Shown here: positions 1 through 7,681 of the stretch, one piece after another
Position numbering within the stretch: position 1 is the stretch's first letter
Layout of the letters: each line of letters begins with the position of its first letter
DNA from: Edaphobacter aggregans
GTDB lineage: Bacteria > Acidobacteriota > Terriglobia > Terriglobales > Acidobacteriaceae
DNA: 32,000 bases
NCBI RefSeq assembly: GCF_003945235.1
Contig: NZ_RSDW01000001.1
Span: 5,130,001-5,162,000 of the forward strand
Reading direction: 5' to 3'
Notes under the pieces: model-generated
The model's input: the letters and a program-made list of their open reading frames with translations, nothing else
Database searches by the model: none
Told to the model about the DNA's origin: nothing
Made by a program: the position numbers and the translations under genes

Positions 1-731
1 GGATACTCACGTTGTTGTTCTTTCGAGAATTGATTGAGGAGCGGTTCCAATTGGGCATCCGCGGCGTCGAGGCTAATTCCTGGTCGCAGTTTGGCGACAA
101 CACCGCCACCACGGGCGTCGCCAATTTCCTGTGGCAGATACACGTCCGCTCCCCAGCCCCACGTGAAGTTGGGACGGGTGACGCCAATGATGGTGTACTG
201 CTTGTGATCGATCTCGAGCATCTTGCCGACGATGGTCGGATCGCCATTGAAATGGCGCTGCCAGAACCGGTAATGGAGCATCACGACAGGTTGCGGCTCC
301 ACTCCGTCCGGGGAGTCGGATGGGCCGAGGTTGCGGCCAAGTAGCGGCGGCACGCCTAGCGTTGGGAAGGTTTCGCCGATCCCGAAGAACGCAATAACGC
401 CTTCGGGAAAATCGCGTCCGGTAACGACGAGGGCGCGCGCGCTCCAGGTGGCGAGACCTGTAAAGGTGTGTACCTTGCGCAGTTCCCGCAACTGGGATCC
501 CGAGAACCAGACATCAGAGATATTGCCGCGCGGATCCGTGATGCTCAGGTTGGTCAGTCGGTCGACATCGGCATATGGAAACGGATGCATCAGCACGCCG
601 TTAATCACGCTGAATACGGAGACGGTTGCGCCGATACCCAGGGCTAGAGAGATAATTGCCGTCAGAGCGAACTTTGGATTTTTAACGAGCTGCCGCAGTG
701 AGTAACGGAAATCCTGAAGAACCGTCAGCAT
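1..731 (-). CDS. ADOP-family / MacB-like FtsX permease, N-terminal part (continues beyond the left window edge)
   Basis: Absent from the ORF track because there is no stop in the window. Manual minus-strand translation from the ATG at 731 gives MLTVLQDFRYSLRQLVKNPKFALTAIISLALGIGATVSVFSVINGVLMHPFPYADVDRL... and stays open to position 1. The LQDxRYxxRxLxKxPxF start followed by a TM helix is the hallmark N-terminus of acidobacterial duplicated orphan permeases and MacB-type permeases. Confidence 0.8.
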   Translation of the reverse strand, partial: MLTVLQDFRYSLRQLVKNPKFALTAIISLALGIGATVSVFSVINGVLMHPFPYADVDRLTNLSITDPRGNISDVWFSGSQLRELRKVHTFTGLATWSARALVVTGRDFPEGVIAFFGIGETFPTLGVPPLLGRNLGPSDSPDGVEPQPVVMLHYRFWQRHFNGDPTIVGKMLEIDHKQYTIIGVTRPNFTWGWGADVYLPQEIGDARGGGVVAKLRPGISLDAADAQLEPLLNQFSKEQQREY

Positions 732-860
732 ACTCGACCCTCGCGGCGTGATGCCAACCATGATCGCATGCGATTGCTGCTCCGACCAGTTCTCCACCCA
801 TTCAAGTATCGATTGGCGCGAAATCTCCGAAGCTGTAGCGCGATATACAGGAGTTCATCT

Positions 861-920
861 GCCGAAAAACGGTGTTATCGGCAACTTCGAGTCGAACTTG
901 CCGAAAACCCGACTTGCAGG
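861..920 (+). repeat. Tripartite intergenic repeat, copy R1 (type II arms)
   Basis: gccgaaaaac-ggt-GTTATCGGCAACTT-cgagtcg-AACTTGCCGAAAAC-ccgacttgcagg. Arms B and C pair at 12/14 positions. It aligns with the copies at 2817, 4253, 5048, 7037, 9010 and 9730. Confidence 0.85.
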
Positions 921-1079
921 CACTACATTGCACAGACGGCAACCTAAACAACACGAAGGGGCGTGGTTATCGACTGTCCTCAACTGGGTGTTGAGGCACT
1001 CTGATAAGAGTGCTGAAAAAAGCCGAAGGGTCAAGTCGAACGCCGTTATAATTCGTCCAAACGGACGGAGGCTATAGGA

Positions 1080-1745
1080 ATGCGTCGTCTAGCTGCTCTC
1101 ATCGCTCTTATCTTCGCCATCCCTTCCACCGCGATCTTCGCACAAACCCGCGTAATGAATATGACGGCTATTCGGAATCGACCATTTACAGCAACCGAAA
1201 GTCACACCGGGCCGAACTTTATTGGAGCTGTCACGCAAAAGATAGCCCGCAACTCAGAGGGAAGTCTGTATTACCAGGCCCCGGAGGGAACGATTTACAT
1301 CTTCGATGTCACTAGCAAGACCAGGACGACATTATTTGTAACTTCCAGGCGCTATCGTGTTGATGCGATGCCTCAGCTTGCTGCAGGGGTGGTGTCAGAG
1401 GAACAAGTTGCGCGGATGGCGGCGCGTGTCGATCAGGCGCGGCCTGTGCATGTTGAACAAAACGGAATTATTCAGGATGGCCACTCGATTGGCACAAAGA
1501 ATATTCAAGGCTTTGTAGCATTTGGGCATCTCACAACATTCAAAGGGACCGATGAAAAAGCAAATATCACAGACAGGACAGAAGAGGTTTGGGAGTCGCC
1601 GCTCGTCGGTGTGATCAATGCCAAAACCGAGGATCACGTCGGTGGCGAAAACTCGACGATGATCCGTGGAAATTTTCAGATGACCGAGCCCGATCCAGCC
1701 CTCTTCCAAATACCAGCCGGCTACCTTCCTGAAAAAGGGACTTAA
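1080..1745 (+). CDS. Hypothetical secreted protein (221 aa)
   Basis: ORF with GGAGG 8 nt upstream of the ATG. The N-terminus MRRLAALIALIFAIPSTAIFAQ looks like a signal peptide. No family recognised. Confidence 0.6.
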   Translation: MRRLAALIALIFAIPSTAIFAQTRVMNMTAIRNRPFTATESHTGPNFIGAVTQKIARNSEGSLYYQAPEGTIYIFDVTSKTRTTLFVTSRRYRVDAMPQLAAGVVSEEQVARMAARVDQARPVHVEQNGIIQDGHSIGTKNIQGFVAFGHLTTFKGTDEKANITDRTEEVWESPLVGVINAKTEDHVGGENSTMIRGNFQMTEPDPALFQIPAGYLPEKGT

Positions 1746-1751
1746 ACTGCA

Positions 1752-1991
1752 CTACACTTTCCGAACGAAGTGTTCTTGGAAAAGCGCTTGCGCCTTCTGG
1801 GCCCCCGACTCCGTCATTCTCACGGACTTTGCTGCGTTCTGAGGATCGGAAATGTACCCTCTCTTGTAAAGGCGATCCATAGCGTTCCAGTCATGTCCTT
1901 TCCAGGCTCGTATACCCATACCTTCCGTGAAAGTGGTCAGGTGTAGGAGCGCGAGAACCATTTCGTCAACCTTGTCTTCGTCATATTCCAT
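1752..1991 (-). CDS. Small DUF6429-like protein (79 aa)
   Basis: Internal ATG at 1991 with GAGG upstream. The sequence MEYDEDKVDEMVLALLHLTTF..RAWKGHDWNAMDRLYKRGYISDP..AKSVRMTESG resembles DUF6429-type proteins as I recall them (unverified). The longer ORF-track N-terminus (to 2162) looks non-coding. Confidence 0.5.
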   Translation of the reverse strand: MEYDEDKVDEMVLALLHLTTFTEGMGIRAWKGHDWNAMDRLYKRGYISDPQNAAKSVRMTESGAQKAQALFQEHFVRKV

Positions 1992-2219
1992 ACAGACCTC
2001 GCTTTGATTGCAGTATCGCGATCTCAGCATTATGCCAGTGGAACAAACTTCAGCCCAAGTCACATAAGGACTACCGAAGGTGTCAGTAGCCGATGGGATG
2101 ACGAACAGTCCGAAAACTCGACTTTTCGGGATGTAGAACAGCCACTCTACGAACACCGTCACCGTGGGCCGGTCCCGAATGCAATTCGTGATAGGTCCAC
2201 GATGTCGGAGTTTGTGTGT

Positions 2220-2684
2220 TTAGGGTTGTGCATAATATCCGTGACGTGTTCTCACAATCAGGCCCGGCCTGTCTACCCTTACCTCAACACGGTGGTATTC
2301 GTTTGCACTTTGCGCAATCTGAGCGTCAAAGGTGATCTCGTATTGAAAGAGTTCACCACGTTCGGTGTCGCCCGTTTGAACTTGCGTAGTTGCTACACCG
2401 ATGAACGAGGAGACCACAGCCGATGTTGGCTTTAGAAGCACGCTCTTGAACGATGTTATGTTTCGTGCCGAATCATTGTCGAAGACCTTGAAGTCCTGCT
2501 GTTGAAGATCGGTTACCCACTGTCCAGAGTTCCTCGTGACGATGACATTCAGGTGTACGCTCCGAGGAGCCGGACTGCCTTCAGGAGATTTCTGCTGGGC
2601 GAAAGCAGGCACGGTGCAAAGCAGGATCGCCTCCAGAAAAAGACACACGCGTTTGTCTTTGAATATAGATTGGCTTTGCTTCAT
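2220..2684 (-). CDS. Secreted 'VWFA-related acidobacterial domain' (TIGR03436-like) mini-protein lacking the VWA core
   Basis: Signal peptide MKQSQSIFKDKRVCLFLEAILLCTVPAFAQQ. The N-terminal part (VHLNVIVTRNSGQWVTDLQQQDFKVFDNDSARNITSF) and the C-terminal part (YHRVEVRVDRPGLIVRTRHGYYA) match the two ends of TIGR03436-type proteins. At 154 aa there is no room for the central VWA domain. Confidence 0.6.
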   Translation of the reverse strand: MKQSQSIFKDKRVCLFLEAILLCTVPAFAQQKSPEGSPAPRSVHLNVIVTRNSGQWVTDLQQQDFKVFDNDSARNITSFKSVLLKPTSAVVSSFIGVATTQVQTGDTERGELFQYEITFDAQIAQSANEYHRVEVRVDRPGLIVRTRHGYYAQP

Positions 2685-2816
2685 TCGACTTCACCAGCCG
2701 TGAGATTTACTCTAACAATTCACTTTTGGTGCTGCCCCTAACGGAATTATCTGCAACTGCTTTGCCCGAAACTCGCTTCGGCAGCTTTCTTTGGTCCAAC
2801 TTTCCATGGCCATACT

Positions 2817-2867
2817 CCCACAAAACGGGGGTTATCGGAAACTTCAACCGAACTTGCCGAAAACCCG
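2817..2867 (+). repeat. Tripartite intergenic repeat, copy R2 (type II), with its right flank displaced to 3069-3082
   Basis: cccacaaaac-gggg-GTTATCGGAAACTT-caaccg-AACTTGCCGAAAAC-ccg. The expected flank (c)ccgactttgcagg reappears at 3069-3082, after a ~200-bp insert. Confidence 0.8.
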
Positions 2868-2873
2868 TGCCAG

Positions 2874-3064
2874 CTCAACCGGTCGATGCAACACTATCTA
2901 ATCAGCTGATCCACAAATGCTTACCCTGAAGAATCGATCTGTTTGGCTGATGTGGCCAAACCTAGCCAGGGTAAGGCTCCGGCTGATCTAACCTTAGCCA
3001 GCGCATTTAGCTTTTGTTTTCAATGAATGTGGGTCTGAGCTGAGTGTTGCGTCGACCCATTGAG
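2874..3064. repeat. 191-bp hairpin-rich element bounded by 22-bp imperfect inverted repeats (MITE-like)
   Basis: The left end is ctcaaccggtcgatgcaacact (2874-2895). The reverse complement of 3043-3064 is ctcaatgggtcgacgcaacact (19/22 identical). Internal nested hairpins include gcttaccctg (2919-2928) with cagggtaaggc (2967-2977), and gtttggc (2941-2947) with gccaaac (2955-2961). Confidence 0.45.
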
Positions 3065-3259
3065 ACCACCCGACTTTGCAGGAAGCTGGCTGACCTACTG
3101 CGGTCGAGGAGCAATCAGTAGTCGAGAGGTGTCTATACCTTGTGGCTCCCTATCGCGCTCGGAACAGCAATCGAATCGGAGGCGCGCAGGTCGCTAGCGA
3201 TCGCAGAACGGCGGGATATAGTGGAAGCGTTAACTGAAGAATACTAATTGGGAGTTGTT

Positions 3260-4147
3260 ATGAAGGTTGGCAACATCGCTTTAACGATATTGCTCTTTGA
3301 ATTTCTTGGCACTCCATTCGCGTCGCCGAAGATCGCTATGCCCTTTCAGAATCAGCAGCAATCTGCTGTGACGGCACAACACATCGAGACGGTTCCAGAA
3401 CTGCATGCAAAGCTCTCAGCTGATCAGCAACTAGTATTCGACCGTGCAGGCAAGCTCTTTGATCAAGGTAAGTTTGCCGAAGCGACACCACTCTTTCGCG
3501 AACTGCTGACGCAGGAACCAGGGGATCCTGTGCTCGCCAAAATCACGGCCGAGTGCGCGATTAACGGTAATGACTACTCAGCCGCAAAGCGGCTTATCGA
3601 CCCGGTCTTAGCTGCAAATGAGACCGATTGGCAGGCACATACGTTGCGAGCACGTCTGGCGGCACAGAGCGGAGATAAGGCTACTCGCGACGTCGAAATT
3701 GCTCTCATCTCCAAGCTGCATGAACAGGCGCTGATACCCGGGCAGCTAACCCAGTACCCTATTGAGCGAGACTCACTTCCGAACGGCGGTTCGATACTGA
3801 TCTTCCAGTCAATCTATCCGTGGGGCAACTTTAAAGTCCACAACTACGCGCGCATCTTCGACATGGACGGAAAGCTGCTTCGTCGTATCACGCTCGAGAG
3901 CGCTGACTTTGACCAACCGCCCTTTGCGAAGGAACATCCGGCCGAAGCGGTGGCAGGCGGACGCCGTTTCTCTTATGACAGTTATCAGACCGGGCCTACA
4001 CAGCCGAACGGACAACACACCGAAATGCATGCACTGTTTGGATTCGTCGACAAAGAACCAACCTACGACGAGATGCGCACGCGCTTCCTGCAGCTCGCGA
4101 CGGGCGGGGGCCAGCCTACCTCAACGAACGCGCACCCTGCGCCGTGA
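3260..4147 (+). CDS. Hypothetical secreted protein with a TPR-like N-terminal region (295 aa)
   Basis: ATG at 3260 (the ORF track starts at a TTG at 3248). Hydrophobic N-terminus MKVGNIALTILLFEFLGTPFASP. A helical TPR-like segment reads GKFAEATPLFRELLTQEPGDPVLAKITAECAINGNDYSAAKRLIDPVL. Confidence 0.6.
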   Translation: MKVGNIALTILLFEFLGTPFASPKIAMPFQNQQQSAVTAQHIETVPELHAKLSADQQLVFDRAGKLFDQGKFAEATPLFRELLTQEPGDPVLAKITAECAINGNDYSAAKRLIDPVLAANETDWQAHTLRARLAAQSGDKATRDVEIALISKLHEQALIPGQLTQYPIERDSLPNGGSILIFQSIYPWGNFKVHNYARIFDMDGKLLRRITLESADFDQPPFAKEHPAEAVAGGRRFSYDSYQTGPTQPNGQHTEMHALFGFVDKEPTYDEMRTRFLQLATGGGQPTSTNAHPAP

Positions 4148-4252
4148 GCCGTGGCAACATCAGCTCTCTTCCAAGCGCCCCTCGGCGGCGATGGGTTGGT
4201 AACACGAGACGACTTGCATGGGGAGTGGTCAGAGCCAGAAGGTCGGGTCGCT

Positions 4253-4334
4253 CCCGCAAAACGGGGTTTTGGGAAACTGCAACCCGGCTCCTGAGTGTCT
4301 GACCATGCAATTTCCGAAAACCCGACTTTTCAGG
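4253..4334 (+). repeat. Tripartite intergenic repeat, copy R3 (type I, long 31-nt spacer)
   Basis: cccgcaaaac-ggg-GTTTTGGGAAACT-(31 nt)-ATTTCCGAAAAC-ccgacttttcagg. A remnant resembling arm C plus the right flank (ggtaacacgagacgacttgcatgggg) lies just upstream at 4198-4224. Confidence 0.85.
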
Positions 4335-4376
4335 AACGCCACCAACTCAGCACCAGCCGTAAGGTTAGGTAACGCT

Positions 4377-4985
4377 TCATTTCGAGTCTCGGTTTGAGTG
4401 AAGATGTCGAGACGAAGGGCAGAATTTGTGGAGCAAGTGTTGAGTCTCTTGCTCTGGTTCAAGGTCCTCCAAAACACTCAAGACTTCCTCATGTGTTTTT
4501 GCATTCTTTGTCATTACTGCCCAGTACTCGTCGTGGCTTATATGTATGAAGAGGTCGCCACGGCTGGGAACGATGTAGGCGTCCCATCCAAAGACGAAGC
4601 ACGGAAGAATGAACGCAGCTAACTCAACGACAGCACCGTTACGAAACCAGTGCGCTGGCGCGATCTCAAGGGGGCGGTTTTCACCGAAACCACGACGCAT
4701 CATTTCCACCATGGACCACCCAGTCTTTTCGAGTTGTGGGCTGCCTATGTCGGAAAGCTTAATCCACAGCAAAGCACCGTAAAACATACTCTCGTCTTCG
4801 GCCCCAAGCATGGAGGCCAACCTAGAGAAATATGTAGCTCGTAGCGGGGTTTCCGGGAACTTCAGATAGAGGGCATTTGCTTCCGGATCGTCGTAGCGCA
4901 ACGCCCGTTCATCAGCTTTGATTCCGGTATTCCATTCGTTCCTCGCGAAAAACTGGCGAGCTTCTTCTTCAGTCAATGCAGTCAT
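4377..4985 (-). CDS. Hypothetical cytoplasmic protein (202 aa)
   Basis: ATG at 4985 preceded by GGAG (cggagacgaccATG). Protein MTALTEEEARQFFARNEWNTGIK... has no signal peptide and no recognised family. The ORF-track extension to 5186 reads through repeat R4 and is rejected. Confidence 0.6.
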   Translation of the reverse strand: MTALTEEEARQFFARNEWNTGIKADERALRYDDPEANALYLKFPETPLRATYFSRLASMLGAEDESMFYGALLWIKLSDIGSPQLEKTGWSMVEMMRRGFGENRPLEIAPAHWFRNGAVVELAAFILPCFVFGWDAYIVPSRGDLFIHISHDEYWAVMTKNAKTHEEVLSVLEDLEPEQETQHLLHKFCPSSRHLHSNRDSK

Positions 4986-5047
4986 GGTCGTCTCCGAGAG
5001 CATGAAATCATCGTAAATGTTGGGATCGATGAACGGTCCTGTCAGTT

Positions 5048-5116
5048 CCCGCAAAACGGGGTTTTGGGAAACTACGACCTGCCAGAGCGAAGTTTCCGAA
5101 AACGTGACTTCACAGG
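5048..5116 (+). repeat. Tripartite intergenic repeat, copy R4 (type I)
   Basis: cccgcaaaac-ggg-GTTTTGGGAAACT-acgacctgccagagcga-AGTTTCCGAAAAC-gtgacttcacagg. Arms B and C pair at 12/13 positions. The spacer is identical to that of R6. Confidence 0.9.
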
Positions 5117-5317
5117 CATCATTCACACGGCGGCCAGATGGGCCCATATTCAGTCTGTGCTGTGTCTCGGAGATGTAGTTCCTCACGTACGATTCTCGAC
5201 TCGCAGGGGCAGGATCGTGTCCGGTACAGAGTTTGGCTCTATGGGTTTCCGCTCCACCTGAAATCGACCTGGTTGGCTGCTATGCTTGGGCGTGACGTCC
5301 AACAAACGCAGGTGGTT

Positions 5318-6862
5318 ATGCTCGCCTTTTCTTTTGCATTACTAGCTTTGCTATCCCCGCAATCACAGGTTCCGGCGCAGCCACCTGATATTCCCTCGTT
5401 CACCATCAGTGTCGACCAGCCTGTCTACAGTGGGCAACCGATCTGGGTTCGCGTTGTGGATGGTCCGCGAGCGAACATTCGCTACCCGTTTCATGCGGTG
5501 GTGGGAGACATCGGTTGCAATCGCCTGGAGGTAACGTTTAACGGAGTTCTACTCAAGCCGCTCCCGATACAAAGAGGCCCAACTACCATGATCGGTCCAG
5601 CATGTGGCTCTTCGGCTCCGCAAGGTTCTCCGTCGGATCGGCTTCCTCTTCACATCCTCTATCAGCTAACGTCTCCTGGGATCTACTCGGTGCGATGGAC
5701 TATAGGCTTATCTTTCCCATCGAGGGACGGGACGGCAAGCGCTAAACCAGAACCGCATTCTGACTGGGTCACGTTTCAAGTCGTCGAGACGACGCCCGAG
5801 CAACATGAGGCTTGGATCAAGAATCTGCTCGCCGATCCGCCTTCGGATGATGGACACTTGGCCGGCGACTTCCTCCCATCGTTACTTGCAGCGGCCCCGG
5901 ATCCGCGGGCTCTGAGTACCTTCGTGAAATACCTCTACTCGGACAATCCAATGGTCTCCGGAATGGCTGCTTCTGCGCTGGAAGAATTTCCCCAATCGCA
6001 AGTCCTTAGTGCCGTGGCCACGGCACTTGAGAAGCAAGGTCCCAGCGAACAACTTGCTTATTTTGCTACTTATCACAAGGGGTGGACGAATGAGGATCAA
6101 GTTAAGATTGTCCACGCTACAATTCCTTACCTACAACCCGGGAATTCAGCTGTTCCATCGGGAAAGCAACCACCCCCGTATGCTCCAACGCGAACGTCGG
6201 CGGCGATCAAATTGCTCCGGTTCATCTTTTACGTTCCCAATCACGCTTGGCCCGGCAATCCTGAACTCCAGTCCTACGTGGACACTCAGGTTCTTCAGGC
6301 GGCCCCGAACATCATGGCGAAGGCGAACATGAACGCGGTTCAGGAGCTGGCCGAATACCTTGGATCGATGTCATCTTCCCCTCGCGCCCACGAGCTTCTT
6401 CTCCAGATTGCGGAACGCTCAGACAATGCAGCCACGCAGGCGCGAATCTGCCTCACCTGGCATCCTCAGTCTGAAGACCTCTCCCATCTTGCCGCAGTTC
6501 TTATCGCCCCTGGTGATGCCGATTCCCTTGGCACCGATCGCAGCAGTCTGCCATACTCCCTCGTTAAGGCTTATGGAGACAATGCTCTTCCGTACCTGGA
6601 ACGCGCGGTCGCGAGTTCGCCCTACGTGTGGGTCCGTGTCGCGTCCGCACAACAGCTGGTACTCCACAACCGGCCCATCGGATTTCAGTTCTTATTGGAC
6701 CAGCTCGTTCAGGACCCATGGTCAGCCAATCGTGCTTACAAGCCGCAGCTGATCCGATGGGTTCGCGACAACTTCCGCACAAACCTTCCACCCGATGCGT
6801 CGGACGATCTGGTCACAAGCTTTTTGCGTAGCCGCGTGGCGGAACTATCTCAACAAAAATAG
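5318..6862 (+). CDS. Hypothetical secreted protein (514 aa), possibly with HEAT/ARM-like helical repeats in the C-terminal half
   Basis: ATG at 5318 with AGGTGG upstream. Signal-like N-terminus MLAFSFALLALLSPQSQVPAQ. Upstream in-frame starts (5138, 5282) extend toward or into repeat R4 and are unlikely. Confidence 0.6.
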   Translation: MLAFSFALLALLSPQSQVPAQPPDIPSFTISVDQPVYSGQPIWVRVVDGPRANIRYPFHAVVGDIGCNRLEVTFNGVLLKPLPIQRGPTTMIGPACGSSAPQGSPSDRLPLHILYQLTSPGIYSVRWTIGLSFPSRDGTASAKPEPHSDWVTFQVVETTPEQHEAWIKNLLADPPSDDGHLAGDFLPSLLAAAPDPRALSTFVKYLYSDNPMVSGMAASALEEFPQSQVLSAVATALEKQGPSEQLAYFATYHKGWTNEDQVKIVHATIPYLQPGNSAVPSGKQPPPYAPTRTSAAIKLLRFIFYVPNHAWPGNPELQSYVDTQVLQAAPNIMAKANMNAVQELAEYLGSMSSSPRAHELLLQIAERSDNAATQARICLTWHPQSEDLSHLAAVLIAPGDADSLGTDRSSLPYSLVKAYGDNALPYLERAVASSPYVWVRVASAQQLVLHNRPIGFQFLLDQLVQDPWSANRAYKPQLIRWVRDNFRTNLPPDASDDLVTSFLRSRVAELSQQK

Positions 6863-7036
6863 CTGGATGCTCTGATGACCCGGCCTACCTCTTCGCTTAC
6901 GAGAGATCAGGCCGTTGAACTCTGCAATATTTGCAAGATCGGATGATTTGATGTGATTTGAGTGCGTCTTGCAAATAGCCCCTTCTGGATTGTGTCTCAC
7001 AAAATCGAGAGTCTGCATGAAGTGCGGAAGGTAGTT

Positions 7037-7109
7037 CCCGAAATACGGGGTTTTGGGCAACTACGATCTGCCCTCCAACCCGAACTTGCCGCAAAGCCGA
7101 CTTTACGGG
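7037..7109 (+). repeat. Tripartite intergenic repeat, copy R5 (diverged type I)
   Basis: cccgaaatac-ggg-GTTTTGGGCAACT-(20 nt)-AACTTGCCGCAAAG-ccgactttacggg. Confidence 0.8.
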
Positions 7110-7231
7110 CGGTACGAGGATTACTTCCGGAATGGCGGTGACTCGTTAACCCCAAACCTTCATTCAAGGACATACAGCAGGCGAAGCCGCACAGAGCGGT
7201 TGACGTCTTGCCGAAGTTATCTGCGAAAGGG

Positions 7232-7669
7232 TCACTTATCTTTGTGGGATTTGCGCCTGTTTCCAGGCGCGCTGGGTGCGGTGTTTGGTTGATTGCCTGG
7301 GCCCGGAGCGGGCCTTACTTTGCCGGTTCCCGATCCCTCAGCAGACGCTTCGGGTAATTGTGCACTAGTTTGGGGCCGGGTAAGTGCTATCCGGATCGCC
7401 ACGCCGTTCTTTTTGCCAGGATCGATGTTGTAGTCGGCGGTGACGGGCAGATTGTTGACGAATCCGTCGCGCAGGAGGCTGAACATTGCCTGGCGGGCGG
7501 GAAGGTTGTTGTCATTTCGAAGTTGAAAGCCGTAAGCACCATCGCTGATTGCGTTGAGGCAGAAGACAGCTTCTACATCCAGCTGATCGTTTGGAGGACC
7601 AAAGCCGGTGCCAAGGTCGTGGGCGCGAAGAAAGACAACTTTTCCGGTTTTTTCAAGCAGGTTGGGCAT
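7232..7669 (-). CDS. Hypothetical protein (145 aa): N-terminal domain paralogous to the C-terminus of the upstream gene, plus a disordered P/G/K-rich tail
   Basis: GGAG lies 8-11 nt upstream of the ATG at 7669, which is 12 nt after the upstream stop. TGKVVFLRAHDLGTGFG...GFQLRNDNNLPARQAMFSLLRDGF...DY aligns with residues near the C-terminus of the 7682-8755 product. Confidence 0.65.
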   Translation of the reverse strand: MPNLLEKTGKVVFLRAHDLGTGFGPPNDQLDVEAVFCLNAISDGAYGFQLRNDNNLPARQAMFSLLRDGFVNNLPVTADYNIDPGKKNGVAIRIALTRPQTSAQLPEASAEGSGTGKVRPAPGPGNQPNTAPSAPGNRRKSHKDK

Positions 7670-7681
7670 GGTTGAGTCTCC

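Noticed and set aside
748-1077. 109-aa + strand ORF between the ADOP permease start and the 1080 gene (also 12-344 and 331-705 on the + strand)
   Set aside because: ORF 748-1077 spans repeat R1 and has no SD. ORFs 12-344 and 331-705 are antisense to the clearly coding ADOP permease frame.
6845-7018. Possible 57-aa minus-strand ORF (MQTLDFVRHNPEGAICK...) just downstream of repeat R5
   Set aside because: It overlaps the 3' end of the 5318-6862 gene by 18 nt. It has no clear SD and no recognisable family. It cannot be supported from sequence alone.
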